This document shows, piece by piece, positions 1 to 8,150 of a stretch of 64,000 nt of DNA. Each line of letters starts with the position of its first letter. Within the stretch, counting starts at the first letter, position 1. Below the pieces are notes generated by a model. It saw only the letters and a list, made by a program, of their open reading frames with translations, was not told the DNA's origin and ran no database searches. Made by a program: the position numbers and the translations under genes. Source of the stretch: Minisyncoccota bacterium (GTDB taxonomy: Bacteria; Patescibacteriota; Minisyncoccia; Phycocordibacterales; JABMNX01); NCBI GenBank assembly GCA_026195275.1, contig JAPHQU010000004.1, positions 3,119 to 67,118 on the forward strand, read 5' to 3'.

Positions 1-91
1 CCTTCCAGGTGATGGTCCACACCATAAGGACGAGAAACAGAAAAAAGAATAGTGAGCTTTCTGTGTGCATACCAAAGAATAATTGATTCAT
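1..91 (-). CDS. N-terminal fragment of a hydrophobic (membrane) protein; runs off the window
   Basis: Reverse strand ATG at 91..89 giving MNQLFFGMHTESSLFFFLFLVLMVWTITWK..., a hydrophobic N-terminus, truncated by the window edge. Confidence 0.3.
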   Translation of the reverse strand, partial: MNQLFFGMHTESSLFFFLFLVLMVWTITWK

Positions 92-166
92 ATCATTATT
101 GTAGCAACATAGGGATAAATCTCAAATAAAAAACAGATGGCACAAAGCCACCTGTTTTTATCACTG

Positions 167-250
167 CGGAGGAGGTGGGACTCGAACCCACAAGCGGTTT
201 CCCGCGCCTGTTTTCAAGACAGGTCCGTTACCAATTCCGGGCACTCCTCC
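167..250 (-). tRNA. tRNA-Ser (anticodon TGA), type II with long variable arm
   Basis: Reverse complement folds as GGAGGAG acceptor, anticodon stem CCTGT/ACAGG with loop CTTGAAA (anticodon TGA), long variable arm, T-arm GTGGG-TTCGAGT-CCCAC. No encoded CCA. Confidence 0.85.
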
Positions 251-295
251 AATATGTAGTGAAGCTATACTACCAGATTAGAAGAGAAAATGCCA

Positions 296-333
296 AAGCG
301 CCAATATAGTTCCGTTAACTAAACTATATTGGC
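296..333. terminator. 14-bp stem hairpin (GCGCCAATATAGTT...AACTATATTGGCGC); possible bidirectional terminator
   Basis: Perfect inverted repeat seen directly between the tRNA-Ser and ruvX. Confidence 0.4.
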
Positions 334-376
334 GCACTCCTTTCATCTTTCATCCTTCACCCTTATACTGAGTCGT

Positions 377-769
377 ATGAGAATACTCGGAATAGATTAC
401 GGTACAAAAAAAGTGGGCGTTGCACTCTCAGACGACACGCTCTCTCTTGCGTTCCCGAAGGCGGTGTTAAAGAATGCTCCTTCACTCATGGGAGAGATCA
501 GGGGTATGGTTGCTGCAAATGACGTAGGAGAAGTGGTGGTCGGGCAATCGCTCAAGCTCTCCGGTGAAGACAATTTGCTTATGGATGACATCCGGCGGTT
601 TGTTGAACGACTTGAAAAGGAGGTTAAGCTTCCGGTCAACCTTGAGCCGGAGTTTCTTACCTCTGCTGAAGCGCGGAGAGGGGGAGTGCCAGAAGCGCTT
701 GTGGATGCCTCGGCAGCAGCGCTCATTTTGCAACGCTATCTTGATAAGCGTAAGGAGAAAGAAGAGTAG
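377..769 (+). CDS. ruvX: Holliday junction resolvase-like protein RuvX/YqgF
   Basis: ORF translation MRILGIDYGTKKVGVALSD... shows the typical YqgF/RuvX N-terminal motif. The listed ORF starts earlier at 329, but the start is placed at the internal Met. Confidence 0.85.
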   Translation: MRILGIDYGTKKVGVALSDDTLSLAFPKAVLKNAPSLMGEIRGMVAANDVGEVVVGQSLKLSGEDNLLMDDIRRFVERLEKEVKLPVNLEPEFLTSAEARRGGVPEALVDASAAALILQRYLDKRKEKEE

Positions 770-785
770 TGTATAATACGAAACA

Positions 786-1106
786 ATGATCTCTTTTGAC
801 GATTTCAAAAAAGTGGAGATACGTCTTGGCAAAGTTATTTCAGCCGAGCGTGTGCCGGAGACTGATAAACTAATCCGGCTTGAGGTTGATCTTGGTGATG
901 AAAAGCGACAGATTGTCTCAGGTATCGCGGAGTATACTACTCCCGAGGATCTTGTTGGTCGCACATTCCCCTTTGTGACCAACCTCGAGCCGAGAATAAT
1001 CAAAGGACTTGAGAGTAACGGTATGATCCTTGCAGCCTCAAATGACGCAGGGTTCTCATTTCTTGAGCCGTCCTCTGCGATCGCTCCAGGAACACGTATT
1101 GGATAA
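786..1106 (+). CDS. Stand-alone tRNA-binding domain protein (CsaA/EMAP-II/MetRS C-terminal-like OB fold)
   Basis: KVEIRLGKVISAER...GIAEYTTPEDLVGRTFPFVTNLEP matches the tRNA-binding OB domain usually found at the C-terminus of MetRS. Confidence 0.75.
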   Translation: MISFDDFKKVEIRLGKVISAERVPETDKLIRLEVDLGDEKRQIVSGIAEYTTPEDLVGRTFPFVTNLEPRIIKGLESNGMILAASNDAGFSFLEPSSAIAPGTRIG

Positions 1107-1108
1107 TT

Positions 1109-1705
1109 ATGTATCAACGTCTCACACTCCTTCATACGCGTAGTATTGACTGGTTTAAACAGCGTGCGCATGGGGCATACGCCAAAGCTTGGCTCTTCTT
1201 TCTTTCATTCACTGAATCGTCGTTCCTCTTTATACCACCCGATATACTATTGATTGCCATCTTGCTCGCTGGGTCTCGACAGTGGATGTATTATGGATTG
1301 CTTACATCGGTCGCCTCAATACTTGGTGCGGTGTTTGGATATGTTGTTGCATTGTTCTTCTACGACACTCTCGGTATTCACATTGTTGATTTTTATCACC
1401 TTAAAGAAGAAGTCGTCTTAGCGCAGACGCTTTTTAACAACAATGCGTTTTGGGTCATATTCACCGCCGCCTTTACACCGATCCCATATAAGGTATTTGT
1501 TCTTGCCGCTGGATTTCTTAAGGTGAATTTTTTTGTGTTTCTTGTTGCATCGATTATTGGTCGCAGTCTTCGATATATCATCATTGCGTATGTGGTGCAT
1601 CTCCTTGGGGAGCGCGCAGTAAAGTTGTTGTCTCGTTACTCAATCGCGCTTACGATCGCAGTGGTTGTTATTGTTACTGTCTTTATCGTTAAGCAGATCA
1701 TCTGA
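1109..1705 (+). CDS. DedA/YqaA family membrane protein
   Basis: About 198 aa with multiple TM helices; the FIPPDILLIAILLAG motif is typical of the DedA/SNARE-associated family. Confidence 0.65.
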   Translation: MYQRLTLLHTRSIDWFKQRAHGAYAKAWLFFLSFTESSFLFIPPDILLIAILLAGSRQWMYYGLLTSVASILGAVFGYVVALFFYDTLGIHIVDFYHLKEEVVLAQTLFNNNAFWVIFTAAFTPIPYKVFVLAAGFLKVNFFVFLVASIIGRSLRYIIIAYVVHLLGERAVKLLSRYSIALTIAVVVIVTVFIVKQII

Positions 1706-1807
1706 TCATTTTTTGTTGGTAAGGGCAGTTCACTTGGTTGTGTATTTTGGTTTCGTTGAGCTAACAACTGGACACTCTTTGGGGGTTGACCGTATACTTA
1801 ATCATAT

Positions 1808-2911
1808 ATGCAAGTGTTACCAGAGCACGAACGACGTTCCTCAATACACGAAAAAATCCTAGACTCTTTTCCTCCGCCAAAGTTTCTCAATATTGCCGCA
1901 ACTGGCGTAGATATATCGGATACTTCGGTCAAGGTTATGCATCTTAAGCAGACGAAAGCTGGTCACATCCCCGACTTCTTTGAGGAGCGCAGGATGACAC
2001 CGGGGATCGTGCATGGTGGCGAGATAAAGGATACAGAATCACTGGTCAAGGTGCTTACTGCGCTTCGAAGGAAGCATAATATATCGTTCGTGCGCGCGTC
2101 GCTCCCAGAGGAGAAAGCATATCTCTTTCAAACAACCGTTCCACATATTGAAGATCGGAAACAGCTGAGAAACAATATTGAATTTCAACTCGAGGAACAT
2201 GTGCCTATTTCTCCGGAGCAGTCAATATTTGACTATGACATTATTGAGGTGCGACCGGAAGGTATTGAGGTGAGTGTGACAGTCTTTCCAAAACCGGTTA
2301 TCACTAACTATCAGCAGGCGTTTCGTGAGGCAGGCATGACACCGGTTGCTTTCGAGATTGAGGGGCAAGCCATGGCGAACGCAATCATTCCACGTGGAGA
2401 TGTTAAGACATACATGATCGTTGATTTTGGTCGTAAGCGTAGTGGGATCTCAATAGTGAAGAATGGCATCGTAACCTTTACTTCAACTGTCGATGTTGGT
2501 GGTGATGAATTAACCGAGCATATCATTGAGTATCTTGGGGTGAATGAGTCTAAGTCATTGAAGTTCAAAAACAAAGAAGGTCTTCTTGGTCTTGATGAAG
2601 GAAACAAAGAACTCCACGATGCACTTATTCAATCAGTAACCTCACTCAGGGACGAAGTTCATAGGCACTTCCTCTATTGGAATAATCGGGAACGTGACCA
2701 CGGAAAGGATTATCAAGTGGGGGAAATTATCCTCTGCGGAGGGAATGCGTCGCTTGCGGGGTTGCCCGAATTTCTTTCTTCTACGGTAAAAGTGCCGGTG
2801 ACGCGAGCTGATGTGTGGCAGAACGCGTTTTCATATGAGGAATACATACCGCAGATGAGTCGAGAGACCGCACTTTCGTATGCGACAGTGATTGGTTTGG
2901 CGCTTACGTAG
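1808..2911 (+). CDS. pilM: Type IV pilus assembly protein PilM (actin-like ATPase)
   Basis: 367 aa with actin-fold motifs (VDFGRKRSGISIVKNG, ILCGGNASLAGLPEF) and operon context with PilN/O-like genes. Confidence 0.8.
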   Translation: MQVLPEHERRSSIHEKILDSFPPPKFLNIAATGVDISDTSVKVMHLKQTKAGHIPDFFEERRMTPGIVHGGEIKDTESLVKVLTALRRKHNISFVRASLPEEKAYLFQTTVPHIEDRKQLRNNIEFQLEEHVPISPEQSIFDYDIIEVRPEGIEVSVTVFPKPVITNYQQAFREAGMTPVAFEIEGQAMANAIIPRGDVKTYMIVDFGRKRSGISIVKNGIVTFTSTVDVGGDELTEHIIEYLGVNESKSLKFKNKEGLLGLDEGNKELHDALIQSVTSLRDEVHRHFLYWNNRERDHGKDYQVGEIILCGGNASLAGLPEFLSSTVKVPVTRADVWQNAFSYEEYIPQMSRETALSYATVIGLALT

Positions 2912-2924
2912 TAGGAACAACAAC

Positions 2925-3464
2925 ATGGCAAACGTATTACCACAAAAAGAACGAAAGAGGTTTCAGCGAGAGTACGCGCTCCGTCTTGGGGTTGTTGTCC
3001 TCGTGTTGGTAATAATCTCTGCAGTGTTCTGCAGCATTCTTCTTGTCCCCTCATTTTTTATGTCGATCCTTAAAGAGGAATCCATTGCTCGACAATCTGA
3101 ACTTATTAATAAGGCAATCGCTATTCGTGAGAAGGATGCGTCGACAGCTTCGCTCCTCATATTTCGGCAGAAGCTTAATGCTCTCAAAGAGATACAAGAG
3201 CAGGTGCTCCAAACAGATGTTATTGAGACAATCGCGCGAAACACAAACGATTCGGTGGTTGTTGACGCGCTTTATTATACAAAGGGAAGTGATGCTACTT
3301 CCCAAGTTAAGGTCTCTGGGCGCGCGCGTTCACGGACCATGCTTATTACGTTCGCGGACAACCTTAATCAAGAGCATCTCTTCACCTCGGTCGATCTGCC
3401 CGTTTCTAATCTCGCAAAAGACTCGAACATTGTCTTCTCAATGACGCTCACTGGAGAATTTTAG
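2925..3464 (+). CDS. pilN: PilN-like pilus assembly protein (single N-terminal TM)
   Basis: Start at MANVLPQKERKRF, then a TM helix and a coiled region. Position is immediately after pilM. Confidence 0.6.
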   Translation: MANVLPQKERKRFQREYALRLGVVVLVLVIISAVFCSILLVPSFFMSILKEESIARQSELINKAIAIREKDASTASLLIFRQKLNALKEIQEQVLQTDVIETIARNTNDSVVVDALYYTKGSDATSQVKVSGRARSRTMLITFADNLNQEHLFTSVDLPVSNLAKDSNIVFSMTLTGEF

Positions 3465-3469
3465 ATTAT

Positions 3470-4000
3470 ATGAAACTAAAGATATCAAAAGTTCAAAGTA
3501 TGCTGATCGGAGCAATCCTCGGAGCGGTAATTGCTCTTGGAGTATACGGCTTCTTATTTTTTGAGATAAAAAATAAGAATAACCAGGCCTCAATCCTCCA
3601 GAATCAACTCGATATTGAGATCAGGAAGGATCAACGACTCAGGTCAATCAAACAGCTCTTGAGTGAACTCCATGTCGAGGTTGATACGGTCGATAGATAT
3701 TTTGTAGGTGCTGACGAGGTGGTCGATTTTCTTGAGGAACTCGAGTTGCTCGGAAATATTGCTGATGCTTCAGTGGAGGTAAATTCAGTAAGCGTGTCAG
3801 AAGGTGGAGAGGCTATTCCATACGAACACCTGCGTGTAGAATTTCACACGCAGGATCGGTGGGTAGACCTGATACACATTGTCTCTCTTTTGGAGACGAT
3901 GCCATACGGAGTACGCATTGAACGTTCCCAGATTGAGCGTGTACCAAATTCAACCCTTTGGCAGGCACACATCATTTTCACAGTGTTAAAGCTTAAGTAA
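3470..4000 (+). CDS. pilO: PilO-like pilus assembly protein
   Basis: 176 aa with an N-terminal TM helix, a coiled-coil and a C-terminal domain. Third gene of the pilMNO cluster. Confidence 0.55.
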   Translation: MKLKISKVQSMLIGAILGAVIALGVYGFLFFEIKNKNNQASILQNQLDIEIRKDQRLRSIKQLLSELHVEVDTVDRYFVGADEVVDFLEELELLGNIADASVEVNSVSVSEGGEAIPYEHLRVEFHTQDRWVDLIHIVSLLETMPYGVRIERSQIERVPNSTLWQAHIIFTVLKLK

Positions 4001-4004
4001 GTTT

Positions 4005-4337
4005 ATGAATATAGAAACGATACAAAAAGAGATAAAGAGATACGCATCATTCATGACACTCGCGAGTATAAGTTCACGACCACGCGTCTATCTTCATTGG
4101 GAGATTATCCTTATGGTATTTGTAGTATTCAATATCTTCATGCTCTTTTTTAGTGGATATTTATTCCTTCAAGTAAACAGCGGCACGATCTTTTTAGTCG
4201 AGCAATCGGGACAAGTCCGGGTAGAGAGTGTTGACCGCAGTGAAATGCAGGAGGTTCTCACTTCACTTGAGGGAAGAAGTGCACTCTTTGAACAAAGAAA
4301 GAGTGCGGGGGTGCGTATTGCTGATCCGTCTCAGTAA
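4005..4337 (+). CDS. Small membrane protein of the pilus cluster (PilP-like?)
   Basis: 110 aa with one TM helix, translationally coupled to pilO. No recognisable motif. Confidence 0.4.
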   Translation: MNIETIQKEIKRYASFMTLASISSRPRVYLHWEIILMVFVVFNIFMLFFSGYLFLQVNSGTIFLVEQSGQVRVESVDRSEMQEVLTSLEGRSALFEQRKSAGVRIADPSQ

Positions 4338-4455
4338 TATAGACAGTTTCAAAAAAGTCTGTTCCCGTGTATAGTGTGGGTGCACTCGTAGTCCCAATGT
4401 AAAGTCGGGGTTTCGACCAAAGCGTCGGGATTCAATGGTCTCCAGCACTACAATT

Positions 4456-4527
4456 GCTTCTGTAGCTCAAAGGATAGAGCAGCGCTCTTCTAAGGCGTTG
4501 ATCCTGGTTCGAGTCCAGGCAGAAGCA
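4456..4527 (+). tRNA. tRNA-Arg (anticodon TCT)
   Basis: GCTTCTG acceptor, TAGCTCAAAGGATAGAGC D-arm, anticodon stem GCGCT/GGCGT with loop CTTCTAA, T-arm CCTGG-TTCGAGTC. No CCA. Confidence 0.8.
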
Positions 4528-4575
4528 CAGTAAAAACAAAAGAATCCAGTCTGATAAGACTGGATCTTTTTCTGG

Positions 4576-4649
4576 TGGGCGCTGAGGGATTCGAACCCCC
4601 GACCTACCCGGTGTAAACGGGTTGCTCTAGCCAACTGAGCTAAGCGCCC
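4576..4649 (-). tRNA. tRNA-Val (anticodon TAC)
   Basis: Reverse complement GGGCGCTTAGCTCAGTTGGCTAGAGC...ACCCG-TTTACAC-CGGGT...GGGGGTTCGAATCCCTCAGCGCCCA. Confidence 0.85.
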
Positions 4650-4728
4650 TCTTTGTGGGTACGCATTATAGTACCCCATTTTTCTACTTTTTCAACTTCT
4701 TCTGGTATTTCACCTACTTTGCACTACA

Positions 4729-5016
4729 ATGCGTATAATGGAAAATCAAGAGATTACCTGTAAGATAACGGGGAAAGTCCAAATGGTTATGTTTCGTGAT
4801 TTTGTGCAGCGCCACGCGCGTTCGCTCGGGATTCGTGGTACGGTAGAAAATCTGGACGATGGCTCGGTTGAGGTGGTCGCACAGGGGAGCGAGGACAAGC
4901 TCAAAAAGCTTATAGAGCACCTCCATAAAGGGCCGTTTCTCGCACGAGTGCTTCGGGTGGACACACGATGGCGGGAACCAAGTGGAGAGTTTGATAGTTT
5001 TAGTATTTTATATTAG
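4729..5016 (+). CDS. acyP: Acylphosphatase
   Basis: 95 aa; ITGKVQMVMFRDFVQRHARSLGIRGTVENLDDGSVEVVAQG matches the acylphosphatase signature (VQGVxFR...GxVxNxxDGSV). Confidence 0.85.
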   Translation: MRIMENQEITCKITGKVQMVMFRDFVQRHARSLGIRGTVENLDDGSVEVVAQGSEDKLKKLIEHLHKGPFLARVLRVDTRWREPSGEFDSFSILY

Positions 5017-5028
5017 ATAGAAAAGGAT

Positions 5029-5730
5029 ATGGAGAACAAGAAGAATATTCCAAAATGTATTGGCATCATCATGGACGGCAACCGTCGGTGGGCAAAAGAG
5101 CAGGGGCTCACGTCGCTTGAGGGGCACCAACGTGGGTACGAGAAGCTTAAAGAAGTTCTTGGGTGGGCTAAGGATGTGGGTATTGAAAACATGATCACCT
5201 ACGCGTTCTCCACAGAGAACTGGAATCGTTCAGAGGAGGAGGTTTCTTACCTGTTGGATCTGTTCCGTAAGATGTTGACCGAAGAGCTTGAAGAACTGAT
5301 GAAGGAAGACGCACGCATTATCTTCGCCGGAGACATATCGCGTTTCCCGGAGGATATCCAAACAAGCATTGCTGAGGTTCACAAGAAGACTAAAGACAAG
5401 ACCCCGTTCACCCTTGTTGTTGCACTCTCGTACGGCGGGAGGGCTGAAATCTTGCGTGCGGTCAATGAGATCGTCATGAACGCTGACTCGGGAGACAAGC
5501 ACGTGGTCACTGAAGAAGAATTTGCGCGACATCTTTGGACGAAGGATGTCCCCGACCCGGACATGATTATACGTACCGGCGGTGAGTGGCGTCTTTCCGG
5601 TTTCTTGCCGTGGCAATCAGTCTACAGTGAACTCTTTTTCCCAGAAACTTATTGGCCGGCGTTCACCAAGGAAGAGTTCGACGGACTTATTGCAGAGTTT
5701 GCGCAGCGCGAGCGGCGAAGAGGAAAGTAA
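5029..5730 (+). CDS. uppS: Undecaprenyl diphosphate synthase (isoprenyl transferase)
   Basis: GIIMDGNRRWAKEQG and later conserved UPPS motifs; 233 aa. Confidence 0.9.
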   Translation: MENKKNIPKCIGIIMDGNRRWAKEQGLTSLEGHQRGYEKLKEVLGWAKDVGIENMITYAFSTENWNRSEEEVSYLLDLFRKMLTEELEELMKEDARIIFAGDISRFPEDIQTSIAEVHKKTKDKTPFTLVVALSYGGRAEILRAVNEIVMNADSGDKHVVTEEEFARHLWTKDVPDPDMIIRTGGEWRLSGFLPWQSVYSELFFPETYWPAFTKEEFDGLIAEFAQRERRRGK

Positions 5731-5764
5731 GTGAGTTTGAAGTTGGAAGTTATAAAGTCTGCAG

Positions 5765-6511
5765 ATGGAAATACCAATATTATACGAAGATAATGATCTT
5801 GTGGCGATAAATAAGCCCGCGGGTCTTATTGTGCATTTTGACGGTCGCAACGAAGAGCCCTCAATTGTTGATTGGCTGCTTGAGCGCTATCCGGAAGCAG
5901 CAGGAGTGGGGGAGGACGGTGTGAGCCCTCAGGGTGTGCATATTCCGCGGTCGGGTATCGTGCATCGACTTGATCGCACCACCTCAGGTGTGATGATTGT
6001 TGTAAAGACCCAAGAGGCACACACGTTCATCAAAAAGCAGTTTCAAGAGCGCACTATGGACAAGCGGTACGCGGCGCTGGTCTACGGACACCCAAAGGCC
6101 GACCGTGGTGTGATCGATATGGAGATTGGTCGCACAAAAAAGAAGCCACGAAAATGGAGTGCACAACCGGGAAAGAGTGGCACGCTTCGCTCGGCAATCA
6201 CTGAGTGGCGCGTGATCGATCGTCTCTTGGATTCTGAAACAGGAGAGCCCGTCACCTACCTCACCGCAAGCCCAAAGACCGGACGTACACATCAGATTCG
6301 TGTCCACCTCAAAGCAATCCACCACCCTATTGTCTGCGATCATATCTACGCACCTAAAAAGGTGTGTATTGGCGGGCTGGAGCGTCCAGCGCTCCACGCG
6401 CGCTCAATCAGCTTCAATCTCCTTAATGGTGAGCGCAAGACCATTGAGGCACCACTGCCGGAGGATTTTGAGCGAGTACTCAAAAACCTACGTAATATTG
6501 CAGAAGAATAA
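5765..6511 (+). CDS. RluA-family pseudouridine synthase
   Basis: Catalytic HRLDRTTSGVMIVVKT motif; 248 aa, no S4 domain. Confidence 0.85.
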   Translation: MEIPILYEDNDLVAINKPAGLIVHFDGRNEEPSIVDWLLERYPEAAGVGEDGVSPQGVHIPRSGIVHRLDRTTSGVMIVVKTQEAHTFIKKQFQERTMDKRYAALVYGHPKADRGVIDMEIGRTKKKPRKWSAQPGKSGTLRSAITEWRVIDRLLDSETGEPVTYLTASPKTGRTHQIRVHLKAIHHPIVCDHIYAPKKVCIGGLERPALHARSISFNLLNGERKTIEAPLPEDFERVLKNLRNIAEE

Positions 6512-6537
6512 CGGTTGTGCTAAAGTTCCTACCACTA

Positions 6538-7160
6538 TGAATCAAGCAGCAGGCCAAGAAGGAGTCAAGATCTCTCCAGTCAATATGGACAACCGCAAGG
6601 AAATCGGAATCCGTGTCGGTGATAGTGTTCGTGTGTGGCAGAAGATCGAAGAGAAAGGAAAGACGCGACTTCAGGCGTTTGAAGGTTTGGTGCTTGCCCG
6701 CAAGCATGGCGACGAGCCAGGAGCAACATTCACTGTACGCCGCGTTTCAAGCGGCGTCGGGGTTGAGAAGATCTTCCCGCTCTACTCTCCTATGATTGAT
6801 AAGATCGAGATTGTGAAGCGATCAAAGGTACGCCGTGCGAAGCTCTATCATATTCGTGAGAAGGTTGCGCGTGAGATCAAGCGTCAGATGCGTAAGATGC
6901 AGCTCGTTGATATCACTTCAAAGTCTGAGACTGAGGAAGCGGCAGCTGCTGAGGCTGCAGTGAAGGCAGCGGAAGAGGCTGAAGCAGCAAAGGTCGCGGA
7001 GGCAGAAGCGGCAGCAAAAGCTGCTGAAGAAGCAAAAGCAGCCGAAGTGGTTGCCGAGACAGAAGAAGCTCCGGCAGAAGAAGAGAAGAAAGAGGAAGCT
7101 CCGGCAGAAGAGCCCGCTCCGGCAGAAACACCTACAGAGGAAGATAAGAAATCAGAGTAA
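6538..7160 (+). CDS. rplS: Ribosomal protein L19 with Ala/Glu/Lys-rich C-terminal extension
   Basis: IRVGDSVRVWQKIEEKGKTRLQAFEGLVLARKHG...TFTVRRVSSGVGVEKIFPLYSP is the L19 core. The tail AAAEAAVKAAEEAEAAKVAEAEAAAKAAEE... is low complexity. Confidence 0.85.
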
Positions 7161-7183
7161 GACTCAATTTATTTTATACAGAG

Positions 7184-7216
7184 AAAGCCGAGGTTCGCGC
7201 CTCGGCCTTTCTTTTG
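7184..7216 (+). terminator. Rho-independent terminator after rplS
   Basis: AAAGCCGAGGttcgcgCCTCGGCTTT followed by a T-run. Confidence 0.7.
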
Positions 7217-7265
7217 GCGTTTACAAAACCCTCAAAGTTCTTTAGAATGGACGAGTTACATATAT

Positions 7266-7349
7266 GCCCAGGTGATGAAATTGGTAGACATGCACCCTTG
7301 AGGGGGGTGTGTCCGTATGGACGTGCTGGTTCGACTCCAGTCCTGGGCA
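7266..7349 (+). tRNA. tRNA-Leu (anticodon GAG), type II
   Basis: GCCCAGG acceptor, anticodon stem CACCC/GGGTG with loop TTGAGGG, long variable arm, T-arm TGGTTCGACTCCA. 3' acceptor is CCTGGGC+A. Confidence 0.8.
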
Positions 7350-7361
7350 CAATGGTAAACA

Positions 7362-7393
7362 AAAACGACAAGTTGCAACTTGTCGTTTTTGTT
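7362..7393 (+). terminator. Rho-independent terminator after tRNA-Leu
   Basis: AAACGACAAGTTGCAACTTGTCGTTTTTGTTT hairpin plus U-tract. Confidence 0.7.
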
Positions 7394-7463
7394 TAGAACG
7401 CAATTTGCATTGCGTTCGTGCCATTGTGCCAGGCGGAGGCATGTCCCGAGCTGTGAGAGGGAA

Positions 7464-7538
7464 GCCGAGCCCGGGGAGGAAGTGCTTAGCGAGATGGAGT
7501 GCGAAGCACGAACAGTGAGCTTAGCAACTTGACCCCAC
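7464..7538 (+). repeat. Copy 1 of a ~55-75 nt hairpin-forming repeat (GCCGAGCCCGGGGAGGAAGTGCTTAGCGAG...GCTTAGCAACTTGACCCCACA)
   Basis: Three related copies at 7464, 7580 and 8021 share GAGYCCGGGGAGGRAGTKCTTA...GCTTAGMAACTYGACCCC. Confidence 0.7.
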
Positions 7539-7579
7539 AAAGCTCTAGAAACCTGACGCCCAGGTAAAAAATGAAAACA

Positions 7580-7640
7580 GGCGAGCCCGGGGAGGGAGTT
7601 CTTAATGAGCGTAGCGAATTTAGAAACTCGACCCCACACA
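7580..7640 (+). repeat. Copy 2 of the same repeat family
   Basis: GCGAGCCCGGGGAGGGAGTTCTTAATGAGCGTAGCGAATTTAGAAACTCGACCCCACACA. Confidence 0.7.
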
Positions 7641-7835
7641 GTAAACAAAGCAGGTTGCTCGCGCGTCGTGTAGTGCATTGGGAAGTGGACGTTCGTGTAC
7701 CTCAATCGACTTTCGTCACTTCTCTACGCGATTGCTCGACTTTTGAACCATAAATCTGGTATAGTCGAGAGGTCTCCGAGTTATGAATAAACGCCTCATA
7801 CCCATGAGGCGTTTAAAGACTCAAGGGATATATAT

Positions 7836-7908
7836 GGTGCCTATGGTGTAACGGTTAACACGGGGGTTTGTGGAACCCCAAATTCGAGTTCGATTCTCGG
7901 TAGGCACC
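7836..7908 (+). tRNA. tRNA-His (anticodon GTG) with encoded G-1
   Basis: G-1 + GTGCCTA acceptor pairing with TAGGCAC + C73; anticodon stem GGGGT/ACCCC with loop TTGTGGA; T-arm TCGAGTTCGATTCTCGG. Confidence 0.85.
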
Positions 7909-7910
7909 CA

Positions 7911-7958
7911 ACATACAGTTAGGCCCTGACACGATAGTGTTGGGGTCTTACTGTATGT
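7911..7958 (+). terminator. Hairpin downstream of tRNA-His (ACATACAGT...ACTGTATGT)
   Basis: 9-bp inverted repeat immediately 3' of the tRNA. Confidence 0.4.
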
Positions 7959-8020
7959 CGGTACATACTAGAATCGAAAGACGGAGCCAGTACACAAGAC
8001 GAGCGGAGCGAGGGCTTGTC

Positions 8021-8075
8021 GGCGAGTCCGGGGAGGAAGTTCTTAGCGAGCCTGCGAGCTTAGAAACTTGACCCC
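8021..8075 (+). repeat. Copy 3 of the repeat family, directly abutting a duplicated tRNA-His 3' end
   Basis: GGCGAGTCCGGGGAGGAAGTTCTTAGCGAGCCTGCGAGCTTAGAAACTTGACCCC, followed immediately by GATTCTCGGTAGGCACCCAA. Confidence 0.7.
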
Positions 8076-8095
8076 GATTCTCGGTAGGCACCCAA
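8076..8095 (+). repeat. 20-nt direct repeat of the tRNA-His 3' end (GATTCTCGGTAGGCACCCAA): att-site-like duplication
   Basis: Identical to 7889..7908 inside the tRNA-His gene. Confidence 0.7.
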
Positions 8096-8098
8096 GAC

Positions 8099-8137
8099 AC
8101 ACCCATCTACATTGGAATGTAAATGGGTGTTTTTTGA
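8099..8137 (+). terminator. Rho-independent terminator
   Basis: ACCCATCTACATTggaAATGTAAATGGGT followed by TTTTTT. Confidence 0.65.
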
Positions 8138-8150
8138 TATACTAAGGAGT

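Noticed and set aside
7256-7705. 149-aa and several 60-70-aa ORFs in the ORF track across the tRNA-Leu/tRNA-His/repeat region
   Set aside because: They overlap tRNA genes, terminator hairpins and the 3-copy repeat family on both strands. They have no start context and no recognisable protein features. They are treated as spurious.
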